From contig JACQDU010000062.1 of the NCBI GenBank assembly GCA_016200955.1, positions 1 through 28,728 of the forward strand: a DNA stretch of 28,728 nucleotides, given 5' to 3'. The position numbers and the translations under genes were made by a program. Within the stretch, counting starts at the first letter, position 1. Each line of letters begins with the position of its first letter. This document shows positions 25,861 through 28,728 of the stretch, one piece after another. Origin of the DNA: a bacterium. Lineage in GTDB: Bacteria; Planctomycetota; J058; JACQDU01. The notes under the pieces are model-generated. The model saw nothing but the letters and a program-made list of their open reading frames with translations, was not told where the DNA came from and did not search any database.

Positions 25861-26130
25861 GTGCCGCGTTCGGGGTGACGGACTCAAACGTGAGCCCCCG
25901 TCCGTTCCCACCTGAGACGCCGTGTTCTCTTCCGCGATCACGCTTGTCAGCGCTGACGTGACCGGATATCTCCCGGACTTGCTGGCTCGACCCAGCCCGC
26001 CCACTTTCACCCGGCCCAGGAGATCGAGAAGACCGTCTCGGCCTACGCTCCCTGATCCGCAGGCGAGAAGATCCTCGCACGACCGTCCGACAACGAGTCC
26101 AGACTGGCCGCGCCACGGCGAGCCGCGGTG
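25861..26130. ncRNA. Candidate structured non-coding RNA (family unidentified)
   Basis: No credible CDS in the ~500-nt gap. Long-range stem CTGAGACG (25912-19)/CGTCTCGG (26034-41), GTGTTCTC (25922-29)/GAGAAGAC (26026-33), plus several local hairpins. Confidence 0.35.
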
Positions 26131-26204
26131 AAATCACCGGCCTCGGCTTCCGCCCGAACCAAATGCCAGTGCGTCTTCCTCTCGTCACGAGAGACGGAGA
26201 TCTC

Positions 26205-28147
26205 ATGCGCCTCAGGAACTTCTCGCTCGTCCTCGCACTCGGGCTCGGGCTCGCGGCTCCCATGCTGGGTCGGCCCGGTCCCGCGGCCGTCGCCAACGAC
26301 GAAGTCTGGCAAGAGGGCTACATCATCTTGACCGACGGGACGCGTCTCGACGGCGAGATCAAGGTGGGCCAGACCAAGGTCAGCTACCGGAAGAAGGGCG
26401 CGACGGTCAGCCGCGACTATGACTTCACCGAGATCGCGAATGACAAGGACAACAAGAAGGAAATCCACCCCGTGGAGGCGGGCGACAAGGCCGGCGGCAA
26501 GTCCAAGCTCGTCGAGATCGTGACGACCGGCGGGAACACTTACCGCGGCATGGGCCAGGAGCAGCCGAACGGCGACTGGAAGATCAAGGTGGGCGGCAAG
26601 GAGCTCCTGGTCAAGAAGAACGAGATCAAGGAGGTCCGCGACATCGAGGACGACTCGGCCGCCGACCCCGATCGCTACGTCGACTTCGACTGCCGCTTCA
26701 TCCTCGAGCGCCCCGCCAAGGACTGGAAGATCCACCACGGGACCTCTCCGACCGTGAGGGCGCAGGCGGCGTTCAACAACGGGAAGGACGAGAGCGGCTT
26801 CGTGAGGGTGAGCGTCCGGCCCTTCCCCCAGGCAGCGTCGAGCCTCTACGACATGGCTCACGCCGACGCGGCGAAGCTCAAGACCGAGGTCGAGGCCGAG
26901 CTCAAGAAGGAGTTCGAGAAGGTCGCGGCCGTAGAAGTCGTCGTCGCCGAGCTCTTCGGCTGCCCCGTCTACGAGGTCCGCTACGAGGGGAACTATGCCT
27001 CGGAGGCGACCTTCAAGTGCGTCGAGCTCCGCTTCGTGCGCGAGAACCTCCTCTACGCGATCACGGGAGGCTGCGACAAGACGATCTGGAAGCCCCCGCT
27101 CGAGCAGAAGCTGAGAGACGCGTTCGCGAGCTTCTCATGGCTCGCCGCGATCGGCGGCGACGAGGACACCTACACGGACACGGCGCTCGGCTTCGCGATC
27201 GACCGGCCGAGCGCGAAGTGGACGATCATCGGCCGTCCGTTCTCCGGCGAGTCGCCCGTCACGATCAAGAAGCAGGACGACGCGGGCGAGATCAAGTCGG
27301 CGCCGACCAGGCGAAGCACGATTACCAGGGAGTCATCGCGGCGATCGGGCAGTACGTGATCCACGCTCAGGGCGACGCGCCGGTCACGGACGCGCGCGCG
27401 AAGGAGATCCAGGACGAGATCAGGACCGTCCTCGACCACATGCGCTTCGTGGACCCGACCAAGACGGCGGAGAGGCTCTCCAAGAATGCCGCGGCCGCGC
27501 TCGAGATGAACGCGGCCTACGACGCTTACAAGGCGAAGAAGCTCGAAGACGCGCTCGCCGGTTTCAGGAAGGCGCTCGTCGCATTCGACAACTACGCGCG
27601 CGCCTGGTTCCTCCTCGGGCTCACTTACGCGGAGAAGAAGGACTGGAAGGAGAGCGCGAACGCCCTGACGCGGGCGGCGGAGCTCGACTCCCAGTATGCG
27701 GGGAAGATGGGCGAGATCGCGTGGCAGCAAGCCCTCGAAGACTGGCACGCGAAGCCGCCCCGGTTCGAGGACGCGAACAAGCTCATGAAGGGCGTCCTCG
27801 CGATCGACTCGAAGAACATCCCCGCTCCCAAGCGCGACGACTACAAGAAGATGGTCGCCGACTGGTGGGCCGACACGAAGAAGGACGACGCCAAGAAGAA
27901 GGACCTCAACAAGAACGTGAGGGACCTCGTCTCGAAGTGCTTCAGGGGAGACCCCGAGATCAACAAGACGCTGGCCGATGTCTACTGTGACGCAGGCGAG
28001 ACGCTTCTCGGGGCGGACAAGAAGAACCACAACACGGCCCACCAGCTCGCGGGCCTGGCCGACGAGCTCGACAAGGCGAGCAAGCGACCCGACGAGCTGA
28101 AGAAGAAGTGCAAGGACGCGGAGAAATCCCTCGTTCCGCATAAGTGA
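26205..28147 (+). pseudogene. Large secreted protein with C-terminal TPR/helical region, interrupted by a frameshift at ~27291-27304
   Basis: GGAGA RBS, ATG 26205, signal peptide MRLRNFSLVLALGLGLAAPML. Coding-like GC3 switches from the frame of 26163..27359 to the frame of 27017..28147 at ATCAAGTCGGCGCC; TPR-like ARAWFLLGLTYAEKKDWKESANALTRAAELD. Confidence 0.7.
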
Positions 28148-28171
28148 GCACCTAGAACGGCCGGCAGCGAC

Positions 28172-28728
28172 ATGATCCTCGTCACGGGCGGGACGGGCTT
28201 CCTCGGGAGCCACGTCGTCTCGGCGCTCCTCGAGAAGGGCGAGCGCGTCCGCGCTCTCGTGAGGCGGCCTCGTCCCGACCTGAAAGCGCGCGGGATCGAG
28301 GTCGCGATCGGCGATGTCGTGGAAGCTGGCTCCCTCGACGCCGCCTTCCGGGGAGTCACGAGAGTCATCCACCTCGCCGGCCGCGTCGATCGAGCGCCCG
28401 AGGCGGCGGACGAGCTCTACCTCGTGCACGTGGACGGCGCCCGGAACGTGCTGCGAGCGGCGGCCCGGGCGAAGGTCTCTCGCTTCGTGCACGTCTCGAC
28501 CTCGGGGACGACGGCCGTCTCCGACTCGCCCGACCCGATCAAGGACGAGCGGGCGCCCGACGCGGTCGAGGTCGTGCGAGCGTGGCCTTACTACCTCTCG
28601 AAGATCTTCGCCGAGCGGCTCGCGCTCGAGGCGGCCTCTCTCGGAGTGCGCCTCGAGTCGGGCGAGCGAGCGAAGGTCCCCGTGGTCGTCGTCTCGCCGA
28701 GCCTCCTCCTCGGGCCGGGAGACGAGCG
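28172..28728 (+). CDS. NAD-dependent epimerase/dehydratase (extended SDR), 3'-partial
   Basis: MILVTGGTGFLGSHVV, HLAG, VHVSTSG, YYLSK (YxxxK), SPSLLLGPGD; runs off the window. Not in the supplied ORF track. Confidence 0.92.
   Translation, partial: MILVTGGTGFLGSHVVSALLEKGERVRALVRRPRPDLKARGIEVAIGDVVEAGSLDAAFRGVTRVIHLAGRVDRAPEAADELYLVHVDGARNVLRAAARAKVSRFVHVSTSGTTAVSDSPDPIKDERAPDAVEVVRAWPYYLSKIFAERLALEAASLGVRLESGERAKVPVVVVSPSLLLGPGDE

Noticed and set aside
25861-26130. tmRNA, RNase P RNA, SRP RNA, or TPP/FMN/glycine/cobalamin riboswitch
   Set aside because: Only isolated fragments match (GGGGTGAC, AAGTCCGGG, CTGAGA, CCTGATC, TCTCAGGT, GGGTGAAAG). The companion motifs (T-arm/CCA, GAGGAAAGUCC, correct TPP spacing, CCGAAGG, ACCGGCGGU) are missing.
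27285-27310. Programmed ribosomal frameshift
   Set aside because: No X XXY YYZ slippery site and no obvious stimulatory structure or internal SD.
752-28492. The many long overlapping ORFs in the track (e.g. 956..2863 -, 13283..15979 +, 13581..16751 -, 16423..18354 +, 23464..25713 +, 23897..26296 -, 27170..28492 -)
   Set aside because: Arg/Ala/Pro/Gly-rich shadow frames of well-supported genes, expected from stop-codon scarcity at high GC; no motifs.

Overview
GC-rich (roughly 70%+, by eye) chromosomal window of mixed housekeeping and signalling genes, with no integrase, transposase, phage or cas genes. The abundant eukaryotic-like Ser/Thr kinases (TPR, FHA) and the pilin type suggest Planctomycetota, less likely Myxococcota (inference only). 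In order: 5'-partial metallophosphoesterase coupled to a kinase-TM-13xTPR protein; minus-strand ssnA-like/hpt/carbamate kinase operon; secreted beta-rich protein and C39-like peptidase; AtpI-like membrane protein; tRNA-Met(CAT); minus-strand block of kinase-FHA-Zn ribbon-pseudokinase-DUF4388-like protein, membrane protein, pdhA, pdhB fused in frame to a DMT transporter fragment, and a type IV pilin; outer-membrane beta-barrel, GT4 glycosyltransferase, folC; secreted S1/P1-like nuclease-PDZ; VWA protein and a frameshifted J-like (HAD) membrane protein; RNase II/R-family gene; a frameshifted secreted TPR protein; 3'-partial NAD-dependent epimerase. The least explained signals are non-coding: a tandem 65/66-nt double-hairpin with a compensatory base-pair change just upstream of the RNase II/R gene, a ~300-nt structured region downstream of it, and REP-like palindromes. 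Four coding discontinuities (two junctions, two frameshifts) may be assembly or sequencing artefacts and need read-level checks. Most long ORFs in the supplied track are GC-rich shadow frames.
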